Assembly: GCA_964425035.1 (NCBI GenBank)
Contig: CAYRLM010000001.1
Location: 1-32,707 of the forward strand
Direction: 5' to 3'
Length of the DNA: 32,707 bases
From: an uncultured Ruminococcus sp.
GTDB lineage: Bacteria > Bacillota > Clostridia > Oscillospirales > Ruminococcaceae
The notes below the pieces were generated by a model. The model had not been told where the DNA came from. It made no database searches and saw only the letters and a program-made list of their open reading frames with translations. This document shows, piece by piece, positions 7,875 to 17,111 of the stretch. Numbering within the stretch: the stretch's first letter is position 1; each line of letters begins with the position of its first letter. The position numbers and the translations under genes are program-made.

Positions 7875-8633
7875 ATGAGCGAACTGCACAAGGAACTGTC
7901 CCGCATTGAATTTCAGATGCGTGAGAGTTCAATGAAACACACACCGGTCGAGAACGAAATGCGCTTCTACGACGCTGTGAAACGCGGAGATCTCAACGGC
8001 GCAAAGAACCTTTCCACACCGCTGGGCGGCGTGGGATTCGGTGTGCTTTCTACCGACAAGCTGCGTAATCTGAAATACCATCTTGTAATAACAGTGTCTT
8101 TCATCACACGATTCTGCGTCGAGGGCGGAATGGAACGGGAAACCGCATATAATCTCAGCGACCTGTATATAAGAAAGGCGGACGCCGCCGTTTCAACTGA
8201 CGAAATACACATGATACACACAGAACTTATCACCGACTTTACTGAGCGAATGGCAAAGCTAAACAAGAGCAGCAGCTACTGCTATCAGGTGATAAAATGC
8301 ATGGAATATGTATACGACCACCTGCATGAAAAGCTAATGGTAAGCGATATTGCCGACGAGCTGGGGCTTTCCGTACAGTATCTGTCCAAACTTTTCCGGA
8401 CGGAAACAGGCATTCCGCTGAACCGATACATACTAAAGAAAAAAATTGACGCTGCCTGCCAGATGCTGAAATACTCTCAGTACGAGGCAGTGGACGTGGG
8501 AAACTTTCTGGCTTTCAGTTCACACAGCCACTTTATACAGAAATTCCGCGAGGAAACAGGACTTACCCCAAAGCAGTACCGGGAGAAATACTTCCACTCC
8601 TCCGGTCTTGACGCAGAAATTGATATAGAATAA
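7875..8633 (+). CDS. AraC-family transcriptional regulator
   Basis: C-terminal double HTH: IADELGLSVQYLSKLFRTETG...FLAFSSHSHFIQKFREETGLTPKQYR. Confidence 0.95.
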   Translation: MSELHKELSRIEFQMRESSMKHTPVENEMRFYDAVKRGDLNGAKNLSTPLGGVGFGVLSTDKLRNLKYHLVITVSFITRFCVEGGMERETAYNLSDLYIRKADAAVSTDEIHMIHTELITDFTERMAKLNKSSSYCYQVIKCMEYVYDHLHEKLMVSDIADELGLSVQYLSKLFRTETGIPLNRYILKKKIDAACQMLKYSQYEAVDVGNFLAFSSHSHFIQKFREETGLTPKQYREKYFHSSGLDAEIDIE

Positions 8634-8743
8634 GCTAAAAATATGATATTTTTATCCGCTTTTTTATATATTCGTTCCGTTTTTTGTGTTAAAATCTAAT
8701 CACAACATCAAATTATTATCCCTCAGAAAGGAACGTGACTTCT

Positions 8744-9580
8744 ATGAAAAAGCACATTATCAGAATCACAACAATTATCGCAGCACTCACGCTCTGCGGT
8801 TGTTCCGCAGCAAATTCCACTCCTGACAGCAGCGCAGGGCAATCCGCTGCCTCAACACCTGTTTCCGCAGTAACTACCGCAGAAGCTCAGACTCCGGCAG
8901 CAACAAAAGAAGCTTCCTCCGGCAGTGGAGCGCTCGCTGACCTCACAGGCACATATGACGATGTAAGTGAGAAATTTGAGTTCTCTGACGGCTGGTCTAA
9001 CGGCAGTATGTTCAACTGTACATGGCGCAAGAGCAACGCTTCCATATCCGACGGCTCCATGAAGCTCACCATCGACAGCGACGGCGATTTTACCGTTCCT
9101 CCCTATTCCGGCGCAGAGTTCAGAAGCAAGGGTTTTTACGGCTTCGGTATGTATGAAGTCGTTATGAAGCCGATAAAAAACGATGGCGTTGTAAGCTCTT
9201 TCTTCACCTACACAGGTCCCTCCGACAAAAATCCCTGGGACGAAATCGACATTGAATTCCTCGGCAAGGATACTACAAAGGTACAGTTCAACTATTTCAC
9301 CGACGGCAAGGGCGGTCATGAATACATCTACGACCTTGGCTTTGACGCTTCCGAGGACTTCCACACCTACGGCTTTGACTGGCAGGCAGACAGTATCACA
9401 TGGTACGTTGACGGCGAGGCAGTTTACACTGCTGACAAAAACCTGCCCTCTACACCGGGCAAGATTATGATGAATGTATGGCCCGGAACAGGTGTTGACG
9501 GTTGGCTTAACGCATTTGATGGTACTGTGCCGCTCACTGCTGAATACAAGTCGGTAGATTTCAAGGCTGCGGAGGAATAA
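8744..9580 (+). CDS. GH16 endo-1,3-1,4-beta-glucanase (lichenase), lipoprotein
   Basis: Catalytic [38 protein letters not shown]; lipobox LTLCGC. ATG 8744 preferred over GTG 8735 on RBS spacing. Confidence 0.95.
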   Translation: MKKHIIRITTIIAALTLCGCSAANSTPDSSAGQSAASTPVSAVTTAEAQTPAATKEASSGSGALADLTGTYDDVSEKFEFSDGWSNGSMFNCTWRKSNASISDGSMKLTIDSDGDFTVPPYSGAEFRSKGFYGFGMYEVVMKPIKNDGVVSSFFTYTGPSDKNPWDEIDIEFLGKDTTKVQFNYFTDGKGGHEYIYDLGFDASEDFHTYGFDWQADSITWYVDGEAVYTADKNLPSTPGKIMMNVWPGTGVDGWLNAFDGTVPLTAEYKSVDFKAAEE

Positions 9581-9583
9581 AAA

Positions 9584-10618
9584 ATGACAGAATTTAAGGG
9601 TTACAAGAACGGCGTAAATCTCGGCGGTTGGCTGTCCCAGTGTGGCTATGAGAAAGAGCATATTGAGAACTTTATCACAGAAGCTGATATAGAAAAAATA
9701 AAGTCTTGGGGCTGCGACCATGTTCGTCTTCCTTTCGATTATAACATAATTCTCGACGATAACGGACAGGTTCTTGAAAGCGGTATGGAACTTCTTTCCC
9801 GCTGTGTGAACTGGTGCCAGAAGCACGGGCTGAATATCATTCTCGACCTGCATAAGACTTTAGGTTTTTCCTTTGACAAGGGCGAGCAGGAAAGCGGTTT
9901 CTTCACCAACGCACATTACCAGGACATATTCGTAAATCTCTGGGCAAAGATTGCAGAATGCTTTGCGGCATTTCCTGAAACAGTTGCGTTTGAACTTCTC
10001 AACGAGATAACAGAGCGCTCCTACGCTGAAATCTGGAACAAGATAGCAGCACGCACTATTTCCGAAATACGCAAATTTGCGCCGGATAATTTCGTACTGA
10101 TCGGCGGTATCTACCAGAACAGCATATTCGGTCTCACTTTGCTTGACAAGCCCTGCGACGATCACATTGTGTTCAACTTCCACTATTATGATCCGCTGGT
10201 ATTCACTCATCAGAGAGCCGGCTGGGTGGACGCAATGAGCCCTGACCTCATCATGAACTACCCCGGAAACACCGAGGATTATCACAAAAAGACGCTCGAA
10301 AATGTCGGCGCTGACCTCGCACATGTATTTGAAATATATCCTTACGATATGGTTGACAGACGCTTTATTGAGAACGCTCTCAGCATTGCAAACGACGTTA
10401 GCCAGAAAATGAACATACCGGTTTACTGCGGCGAATATGGCGTTATCGACCGGGCTCCGGCAGCTGACCTGCTCAGCTGGTATGACGATATTCACTCTGT
10501 ATTCAACCAGTTCGGATTCGGCAGAGCTGCATGGAATTACAAGCAGAAGGATTTCGGCATAATCGACGACTGCCGTGCGGATATATTTGAGGATATAATC
10601 AAGCACCTCAAGGCATGA
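9584..10618 (+). CDS. GH5 endoglucanase/cellodextrinase, CelC-like, no signal peptide
   Basis: GVNLGGWLSQ, DHVRLP, FELLNE (acid/base), FHYYDP, YCGEYG (nucleophile). Confidence 0.93.
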   Translation: MTEFKGYKNGVNLGGWLSQCGYEKEHIENFITEADIEKIKSWGCDHVRLPFDYNIILDDNGQVLESGMELLSRCVNWCQKHGLNIILDLHKTLGFSFDKGEQESGFFTNAHYQDIFVNLWAKIAECFAAFPETVAFELLNEITERSYAEIWNKIAARTISEIRKFAPDNFVLIGGIYQNSIFGLTLLDKPCDDHIVFNFHYYDPLVFTHQRAGWVDAMSPDLIMNYPGNTEDYHKKTLENVGADLAHVFEIYPYDMVDRRFIENALSIANDVSQKMNIPVYCGEYGVIDRAPAADLLSWYDDIHSVFNQFGFGRAAWNYKQKDFGIIDDCRADIFEDIIKHLKA

Positions 10619-10621
10619 TAA

Positions 10622-10820
10622 ATCATCAATAAATCGGATATGCTACTAATCGATTTGCTTTGCAAAGAATGCTGCCGCTTTTTTAGAAATTCATTTCCCT
10701 TTTTGCCTCATCCAATTCCCGCCGCAATCGCAAATTATCCTTCATTAAATCATACTCTTCCGCCAAACCTCGGATTGTCCGTCCGTTCTCCAAGTGCAGC
10801 CGCACTACCTTATTTTTAAG
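10622..10820 (-). mobile_element. IS3-family relic (internally deleted OrfA plus OrfA/OrfB junction)
   Basis: Manual translation LKNKVVRLHLENGRTIRGLAEEY|DLMKDNLRLRRELDEAKRE, frameshifted to EFLK/AAAFFAKQID*. The overlapping frame reads KSGSILCKANRLVAY/RFID. An AAAAAAG tract sits at the junction. Confidence 0.8.
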
Positions 10821-11524
10821 GAAACACAGTAGAAAAATCTGAAGCAGTCACAGCTGAAAAAGGTAATGATGACTGCGTGTATCTGACTTTCGATTTTACA
10901 TATATGAGATATGCAACTTCTATATGGGAAAACAGTGCTGAAAATCCGGATTTGATTGATTGGAATACTCTTGAGTTCAATGATAGTTCAAGTATCATTT
11001 TAAACAACCCAAAGTATTTCAAGGATAAAAAGGATGACGTCCTTGAAAACGGATTGACGGTTGCAAGTGCCAAAAGTGTTTTCTATGCAATTAATGAGTG
11101 CGATGAGGACGGAAATATCTGCAAAGAAGCAGTACAGCTTAAAAATGTGATTACCCTCAGCGGTGAGCTTACTCTTAACGGTATTTTACATTGCGTTTTG
11201 GGAGATTCGGATTATATTGACTCTGACGGTAATTTACTTTTCTTTGCGAACACATCGGAATCCTCATTTATACCCGTCCCAAGTACCGGCAATTCTGGCA
11301 TGGATATAATAACTAAGTCTGATGACACTTCTGCACAATTCGCAATCGTATGCGATGGGTATCGCTTTTATCTTGGAAACATCAATACAATTAGCATAGA
11401 CTTAAGCGGAATTATCGATTTGGGTAATTATGTAAACGACGCAATAACACTTGATAATATTCGGATATCGTATTCCGACAATGGCGGTAAGTTTGTTAAC
11501 GCAGATATTGTTTCCGTTAATTGA
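10820..11524 (+). pseudogene. AT-rich hypothetical protein, probably 5'-truncated
   Basis: The frame of ORF 10877-11524 is open back to 10820, where it abuts the IS3 relic. No RBS precedes GTG 10877. Confidence 0.55.
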
Positions 11525-11803
11525 AAAAGGTGCAACAAATCACCTCCTAAAATGGTTTTATTATATAGAGGGATTAAAAGTCCTCTGAAATCTGTCAAAT
11601 AGAGCTGTGTGCAAATATTATTAAAACAGCTTATATTATGTTTGTTTCCAATATGTCGTAAATTTGCAAGAATTTATGGTATTGCCCGATACGCACGGAG
11701 CAAATATCCGATTTGCGTATGTGCGAGGACTTTGTAATCTATAATAAATGCCCTGCGTTAATTATACCACATTGTCTAACTAAAGGAAGCCATTCACACA
11801 AAC

Positions 11804-11830
11804 GGGAGCGGATTTAATCCGCTCCCCTAC
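11804..11830 (-). repeat. GTAG-type REP-like palindrome
   Basis: Minus strand GTAG-GGGAGCGGATT-A-AATCCGCTCCC; single copy in the window. Confidence 0.5.
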
Positions 11831-11844
11831 ATATCAACAGTTCA

Positions 11845-11873
11845 TCGGAAAAGTCCCAACGGGGCTTTTCCGA
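11845..11873 (-). terminator. Hairpin after pepV (terminator or REP-like)
   Basis: TCGGAAAAG...CTTTTCCGA stem 6 nt past the stop; no strong T tail. Confidence 0.5.
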
Positions 11874-11879
11874 CAATTT

Positions 11880-13268
11880 TTATCCGCATATATCTGCAAT
11901 AGCACAGGCAAACAGCACTGCGTCCTTCAGCAGTTCGTCCTCTGTGATGAACTCGTCGTTGCCGTGCATATGGTAATCGGTATCGCCCCGCTCTGCGCCG
12001 AACGCTACTCCGCCCTCCACATTGTGGACATAGGTTCCGCCGCCGATAGCTATGCACCGCCCCGGTTCGCCCTCCACTTCGCCGTACACTTTCAGAAGCT
12101 TCTGTACAAATTCGCTGTCCTCGGGAACACAGTGCGGCTTCTCCTCTATATTCTTACCGTAATGAACCCCTGCCTGCTCCAGCGAGGCGGAAAGTCCCGC
12201 TACAACGTCCTCAAGCTCCGCAGACACAGGATAGCGGATATCTATGCAGCCGCCTATTTCTCCGTCAAGCATCGAGAATTTGCTGAACGTGAGCGTAAGC
12301 TCCCCCGACTTCTCGTCACTGAACCGCAGCGACGACGACCTGCCGTCTGTTTCGCCGAACGGGAACATTCTTTCAAGTCCCCGTAAAATATCACGCTGCC
12401 GACCGTCCGAAAGCGGCAGGCGGTTGAGCGTGGAAATAAGCGCCGTGACCGCATTTATTCCCGCCTGAGGGGTAGAAGCGTGCGCCGACCTGCCTGAGCA
12501 GTGCAGCGTGATATCGCCGTTGTCCGCCCTATCCACGGTGATTATTGCCCCTGTGGAATTTGCCGTGATAGCCGCACGGACTTCCTCGTACGAAATACCG
12601 TGAAGCACCGCCTGAGCCTTGTCAGGGACTGCATTCGGTATGCTACCTCCGATGAAGCTCACCACTGAGCCGGGCGTATAGCTGCCGCGGATATCCGCAC
12701 GGATCATTCCCTTTTCGATATTTATGACCGGGAAGCTTCCGTCGGGCGTGAACACCATCGGCGGCAGCTTATTGCTGCGGCGGTAGATCTCAAGATCCTC
12801 CGAGCCGTTCTCCTCGTCCGTTCCGAACAGCAGCGTCACTCCCTTTTTCAGCGGCAGACCAAGCTCTTTCACGCAGTACATAGCCATCAGCGCCGCCGCA
12901 CAAGGGCCCTTGTCGTCGATAACTCCCCTGCCGAACAGCTTGCCGCCGCTTCTTGTAAGCTGAAACGGAGGATAGCTCCAGTTTATCGGCTCCGCCGGAA
13001 CTACGTCCAAATGACAGAGTATGCCTAAACCCACCTCTACATCAGGCGCATATTCCGCCGTTCCCATAACATCGTCATGACATACGGTCACAAATCCGTG
13101 ACTGCGGCAAATCTCGAGCATTTTGTCCAACGCCCTTTTCGGCTCCTTTCCGAACGGTGCGCCGCTCTGCGGTTTCCCCTTCACACTCGGAATTTCCACA
13201 AGCTGACTTATTATATCTGTCATTTCCTCACGGTGGGAATATATAAAATCCGTGATCCTCTGCTTCAT
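11880..13268 (-). CDS. pepV: M20 family dipeptidase PepV/Sapep-like
   Basis: HLDVVP, GRGVIDDKGP, GTDEENG, FTPDGSFP, GGGTY, MHGNDE motifs. Confidence 0.88.
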   Translation of the reverse strand: MKQRITDFIYSHREEMTDIISQLVEIPSVKGKPQSGAPFGKEPKRALDKMLEICRSHGFVTVCHDDVMGTAEYAPDVEVGLGILCHLDVVPAEPINWSYPPFQLTRSGGKLFGRGVIDDKGPCAAALMAMYCVKELGLPLKKGVTLLFGTDEENGSEDLEIYRRSNKLPPMVFTPDGSFPVINIEKGMIRADIRGSYTPGSVVSFIGGSIPNAVPDKAQAVLHGISYEEVRAAITANSTGAIITVDRADNGDITLHCSGRSAHASTPQAGINAVTALISTLNRLPLSDGRQRDILRGLERMFPFGETDGRSSSLRFSDEKSGELTLTFSKFSMLDGEIGGCIDIRYPVSAELEDVVAGLSASLEQAGVHYGKNIEEKPHCVPEDSEFVQKLLKVYGEVEGEPGRCIAIGGGTYVHNVEGGVAFGAERGDTDYHMHGNDEFITEDELLKDAVLFACAIADICG

Positions 13269-13330
13269 GATGACACTACTTCCTTTCAGAGTTTTTCTGT
13301 ATGAATAATATAAATAAATGATTTGCGTTT

Positions 13331-13360
13331 ATTATGCCGCATGATTTATAAATCATGCAA
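13331..13360 (-). promoter_or_regulatory. Putative pepV promoter overlapped by a perfect 20-bp palindrome (ARG-box-like)
   Basis: TTGCAT-18 bp-CATAAT on the minus strand; GCATGATTTATAAATCATGC at 13339-13358. Confidence 0.5.
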
Positions 13361-13364
13361 AAAT

Positions 13365-15020
13365 TCAGCGTCGGTCAAGCATTTCCTCTGCCGCCTTTAA
13401 TCCGCTTTCGGTAAGCCCGCCGTCCATGATACGGGCAAGCTCCTGCTTTCTTCCCTCTCTGTCGAGGGGAATTATCCGCGTGTAGGTTCGGCGGTCGTCC
13501 GTCTGCTTCTCAATGAGCATATGGGTCTGCGCCAACGCCGCTATCTGGGCCAGATGCGTGATACAAAGCACCTGCCGCTTCTCGGCGGTCTGCGCAAGCT
13601 TTATGCCTACCTTCGAGGCGGTTCGTCCGCTTATCCCGGCGTCTACCTCGTCAAATATCATAGTGGGAATATCGTCGCCCTCCGCCATAACGCTCTTTAT
13701 CGCCAGCATCACACGGGACAATTCACCGCCGCTGGCTGTCTTGTTGAGCGGCTTCGGCTCTTCACCTGCGTTGGCGGAAATAAGTATCTCCACCTCGTCC
13801 ATGCCGTTGATGGTTATTTTATCGGGGCGCACGTCAAAGCTAAGCGTTACGTTGGGCATATTGAGGAATTTCAGCACCTCGCATATTTCTGCGGAAAGCT
13901 TCACGGAAGCCTCTCGGCGGCGTGCGCTTATTTCCTCGGCGAGGCGCTTCACATGTCCGGCAAGCTCGTGCTTTTCCTCAGACAGCTTGTCTATTTCACC
14001 GTCCAGTCCCGAAAGCTGCGACAGTTCGCTGCGGCATTCCTCAAGGTAATCCACCAGCTGGTCGGCATCCATGTTGTATTTGCGGCAGGCATGCTTCATG
14101 GCGGAAACTCTGTCCTCAAGGTCTGCTTCACGCTCCTCGCCGTCGTCTGACCCGAATGCCATAGAAGCCGCTTCGCTGCTTATATCCTCCAGCTCCGGGA
14201 GCAATTCCTCCAGCCTGCGGAACAGCGTATCCGCTTCGGGCAGCACCGCTCCGGCTGTGGCAAGCATACTCATGGACTGACGCACAAGATCGACGGCGCC
14301 GGGATTTTCCTCTCCGTTGAGCAGACTGTTTGCGGTGAACAGCGCACCCTGTATTTTTGCGGTATTGCGCAGCTTTTCAAGCTCCTCCTCCAGCCGCTCG
14401 CCCTCGCCGTAGGTAAGGTTAAGCTCCGACAGTTCCTCCGTTATGGCGGTAAGCTGCGCCGTGCGCAATTCACGGGTACGGTTTTCCTCCTGAAGCTCCT
14501 TCAGCCTACGGGAAAGCTTCGAGAAACGGCGGAACTCCGTGCGGTATTCCTCCAACGCCCCTGAAAGCTCGCCGTAGCTGTCAAGTATCTGCCGCTGATT
14601 ATCGGTATCCATGAGTATACGGTTCTCGTGCTGCCCGTGGATATCAACCAGCAGCTCCCCTATCTCGCGGAGCATTGCCGCAGTAGCCGCCCTGCCGTTT
14701 ATGCGGGCGCTGCTCTTTCCCTCGGCGGTTATCTCGCGCATAAGCACCAGCTCTCCGTCCTCTGCGGAAAAACCGAGTTCCGACAGCTTTGCCCTCGCAC
14801 GCTCCGAAATATCGTCAAACAATGCGGAAACGACCGCCTTCGGCGCTCCGCTGCGAACTATATCCTTTGTCGTTCTGCCGCCGAGAACGGCGTTAATTCC
14901 TCCGATAATTACGCTCTTACCTGCGCCGGTTTCACCTGTAAACACATTAAAATTGCCGCCGAATTCCACCGACGCTTTTTCGATTACCGCAAGATTTTCA
15001 ATTGTAAGCTCCCGTAACAA
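13365..15020 (-). CDS. recN: DNA repair protein RecN
   Basis: FTGETGAGKS, DIHGQH, ASGGELSR, FDEVDAG, CITHLAQIA; follows argR. Confidence 0.97.
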   Translation of the reverse strand: MLRELTIENLAVIEKASVEFGGNFNVFTGETGAGKSVIIGGINAVLGGRTTKDIVRSGAPKAVVSALFDDISERARAKLSELGFSAEDGELVLMREITAEGKSSARINGRAATAAMLREIGELLVDIHGQHENRILMDTDNQRQILDSYGELSGALEEYRTEFRRFSKLSRRLKELQEENRTRELRTAQLTAITEELSELNLTYGEGERLEEELEKLRNTAKIQGALFTANSLLNGEENPGAVDLVRQSMSMLATAGAVLPEADTLFRRLEELLPELEDISSEAASMAFGSDDGEEREADLEDRVSAMKHACRKYNMDADQLVDYLEECRSELSQLSGLDGEIDKLSEEKHELAGHVKRLAEEISARRREASVKLSAEICEVLKFLNMPNVTLSFDVRPDKITINGMDEVEILISANAGEEPKPLNKTASGGELSRVMLAIKSVMAEGDDIPTMIFDEVDAGISGRTASKVGIKLAQTAEKRQVLCITHLAQIAALAQTHMLIEKQTDDRRTYTRIIPLDREGRKQELARIMDGGLTESGLKAAEEMLDRR

Positions 15021-15032
15021 CCGTCATTCTCC

Positions 15033-15479
15033 TTATCTGGTCATCATCTTTCTGAGCAGCTCCAAAAGCTGCACGGCATGGTTTTCCGTTCTGGTGAGGA
15101 CAAAAATGGTATCGTCCCCTGCGATAGTCCCTACAACAAAGCCCAGTTCCTGCTCGTCAAGCACCACGCAGGCGGCGTTCGCAAGCCCAGAACGGCATTT
15201 TATGACAACGGTATTCATGGCGTAATCCAGCGACAGCACCGCCTGTGCAAATACGCTGCTGTATTCCGGAGGATTTTCGCACTCCGGAGAATAATAGCAG
15301 TTCACGCCGCTGTCCGCCATTCCCTTGCGTATCTTCAGTTCTCTCATATCTCTCGAAACCGTTGCCTGAGTGGTGGGAAATCCCGCTTTCGTCAGTAGCT
15401 CGCCAAGCTGCTCCTGAGTTTCCACCTCCTGAGATGAGATGATTTTGAGTATTGCGCGCTGCCGCTGTTTTTTATCCAT
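15033..15479 (-). CDS. argR: Arginine repressor
   Basis: TQATVSRD and GTIAGDDTIF motifs. Confidence 0.97.
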   Translation of the reverse strand: MDKKQRQRAILKIISSQEVETQEQLGELLTKAGFPTTQATVSRDMRELKIRKGMADSGVNCYYSPECENPPEYSSVFAQAVLSLDYAMNTVVIKCRSGLANAACVVLDEQELGFVVGTIAGDDTIFVLTRTENHAVQLLELLRKMMTR

Positions 15480-15489
15480 AGTCTGCCCT

Positions 15490-16173
15490 CTAGCCGTAAA
15501 TGAATTTTTTTATCCTGCGCTCCTGCGCAGCCGGGTTCAGTTCAGATACACGGCGGCGCAGCCTTTCCGCTGCCTCCTGCGGGTCGGGAGCGTTGTCAAA
15601 TTCCCTGTGCCAGAACTCCTCCGGCGTGCAGAACACCGTACTGCTCCACCCGTAAGGCTCGCCGTATGCATTGCGCTTCTGACAGCTGCCGCAGATTGTC
15701 AGGAACATTCCCATCTGAAGGTCTGTCATGGCTTTTTCGATGTGCGCCGAGGTTTCGCCCGAAAGCCCTGCAAGGCGCTTTATGTCGTGCATTGGTACAC
15801 GTCCGTTCTCCCTGACGGCGGTGTAAATCCTCCGAGAAAGCTCCGAAATGCGCCCGTCCTCCCATGCCTCGTCGAAGGTCGTTCCCTGCCGCCTTACCGC
15901 CAGAAAGTACGGATACCACTCCTCTGTGATGTAGCCGCTGCTGCGGAAGAATACCTTTGCATACGCAATGTCGCTGCGCTGCTCAAGCACCCGAATACGC
16001 CATTCCCACGGGTCGGTGTCAGGCTCTCCGGTATGCCAGCGAACGGGGGTATTCTCAGGCTGCTCCGTCCAGTCGAACGGCACTACCGCAAATATTCCCT
16101 TGTCGCTGCCGCTGCCCAGAGAAAATCCGGCAGCCAAAAGCTCCTCACAGAAATCATCATAGCACTGTACCAT
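15490..16173 (-). CDS. Conserved hypothetical protein, AlkZ-related/winged-helix-like
   Basis: WHTGEPDTDPWEWRIR...IAYAKVF...GYIT..WYPYFLAVRR, and DLQM...YGW..TPE pattern recalled from the AlkZ-related family; GGAGG RBS. Confidence 0.6.
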   Translation of the reverse strand: MVQCYDDFCEELLAAGFSLGSGSDKGIFAVVPFDWTEQPENTPVRWHTGEPDTDPWEWRIRVLEQRSDIAYAKVFFRSSGYITEEWYPYFLAVRRQGTTFDEAWEDGRISELSRRIYTAVRENGRVPMHDIKRLAGLSGETSAHIEKAMTDLQMGMFLTICGSCQKRNAYGEPYGWSSTVFCTPEEFWHREFDNAPDPQEAAERLRRRVSELNPAAQERRIKKFIYG

Positions 16174-16244
16174 TTCAATTCACCCTCCGAAGCTTTTCAA
16201 GAAACGAATGTCATTCAGGCTCGGCTGAAATCAAGGCGTACATA

Positions 16245-17111
16245 CTACCTCAGCGGCTGCATAAGCTTCCGTTTTACCGAACCGAAGAAGCCCTCGCCGG
16301 TTTCTATCAGCATAAGGCTGCAGCCGCCCGAACGCATTGTCAGCACATCTCCGTCGCCGAACGGATAGCCGCTGTCACCGTCAAAGCTTATCGTCACACG
16401 GCTGCCCTGATATGAATTGACCCGAAGCTCCACGGTGCGCTCCGACGAGAATATCATAGGGCGAGAAAACAGCGAATGCGGGCAAAGCGCCGTGTATTCC
16501 ATGCAGGAAAGCGCAGGGTCGATTATCGGCCCTCCCGCCGCAAGCGAATATGCCGTTGAGCCTGTCGGGGTGCTGAAAATAACACCGTCCGCACGAAGCC
16601 TCGACGCCTCGGTATCGTCGCAGTAAACGCAAAATTCAGGCAGCTTTGACTTGCTGTCCCTCGATACCACAACATCGTTCAGCGTGTCACGGCTCAGCTT
16701 GCCGCCGTTGGCATAACTCACCTCCGCCGACATCATCATGCGGCGGCTCACCCGAAATTCGCCCAGTATGATTTCCGGGATACGCTTTATTTCGGACGGT
16801 TCAAGGTTCGCCATGAAGCCCAACCGCCCCGTGTTCACGCCCAGCAGCGGAATTCCCCACACTGCCGCAAGCTTTCCGTGCGAAATTATCGAGCCGTCGC
16901 CGCCGACGGTTATCATACAAAGGCAGCCCTCGCCGCTTTCGACAGACTGTGCGCCGCACAGCCCTCCGCTGCTTCCGTCGTCGTATTTAAGCGACAGCGG
17001 TATCAGCCCGGCAGCCTTAAGCTCTTCGCAAATGTCCTCGGCAATTCTGACCGAATTGTCGTCCATGCGGTTGTATGAAACTATGACATTTTTTTCGTTA
17101 TTTGCGTTCAT
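16245..17111 (-). CDS. nadK: NAD+ kinase
   Basis: GGDGS, GVNTGRLGFM, ND, DGVIFSTPTGSTAYSLAAGGP. Start 17111 gives an ATGA overlap with the tlyA stop. Confidence 0.95.
   Translation of the reverse strand: MNANNEKNVIVSYNRMDDNSVRIAEDICEELKAAGLIPLSLKYDDGSSGGLCGAQSVESGEGCLCMITVGGDGSIISHGKLAAVWGIPLLGVNTGRLGFMANLEPSEIKRIPEIILGEFRVSRRMMMSAEVSYANGGKLSRDTLNDVVVSRDSKSKLPEFCVYCDDTEASRLRADGVIFSTPTGSTAYSLAAGGPIIDPALSCMEYTALCPHSLFSRPMIFSSERTVELRVNSYQGSRVTISFDGDSGYPFGDGDVLTMRSGGCSLMLIETGEGFFGSVKRKLMQPLR

Noticed and set aside
8852-10606. Long antisense ORFs (333 aa and 248 aa) over GH16/GH5
   Set aside because: Shadow frames of strongly codon-biased genes, with no motifs. The same applies to 15439-16368, 20483-21319, 23690-24865 and 29810-30721.
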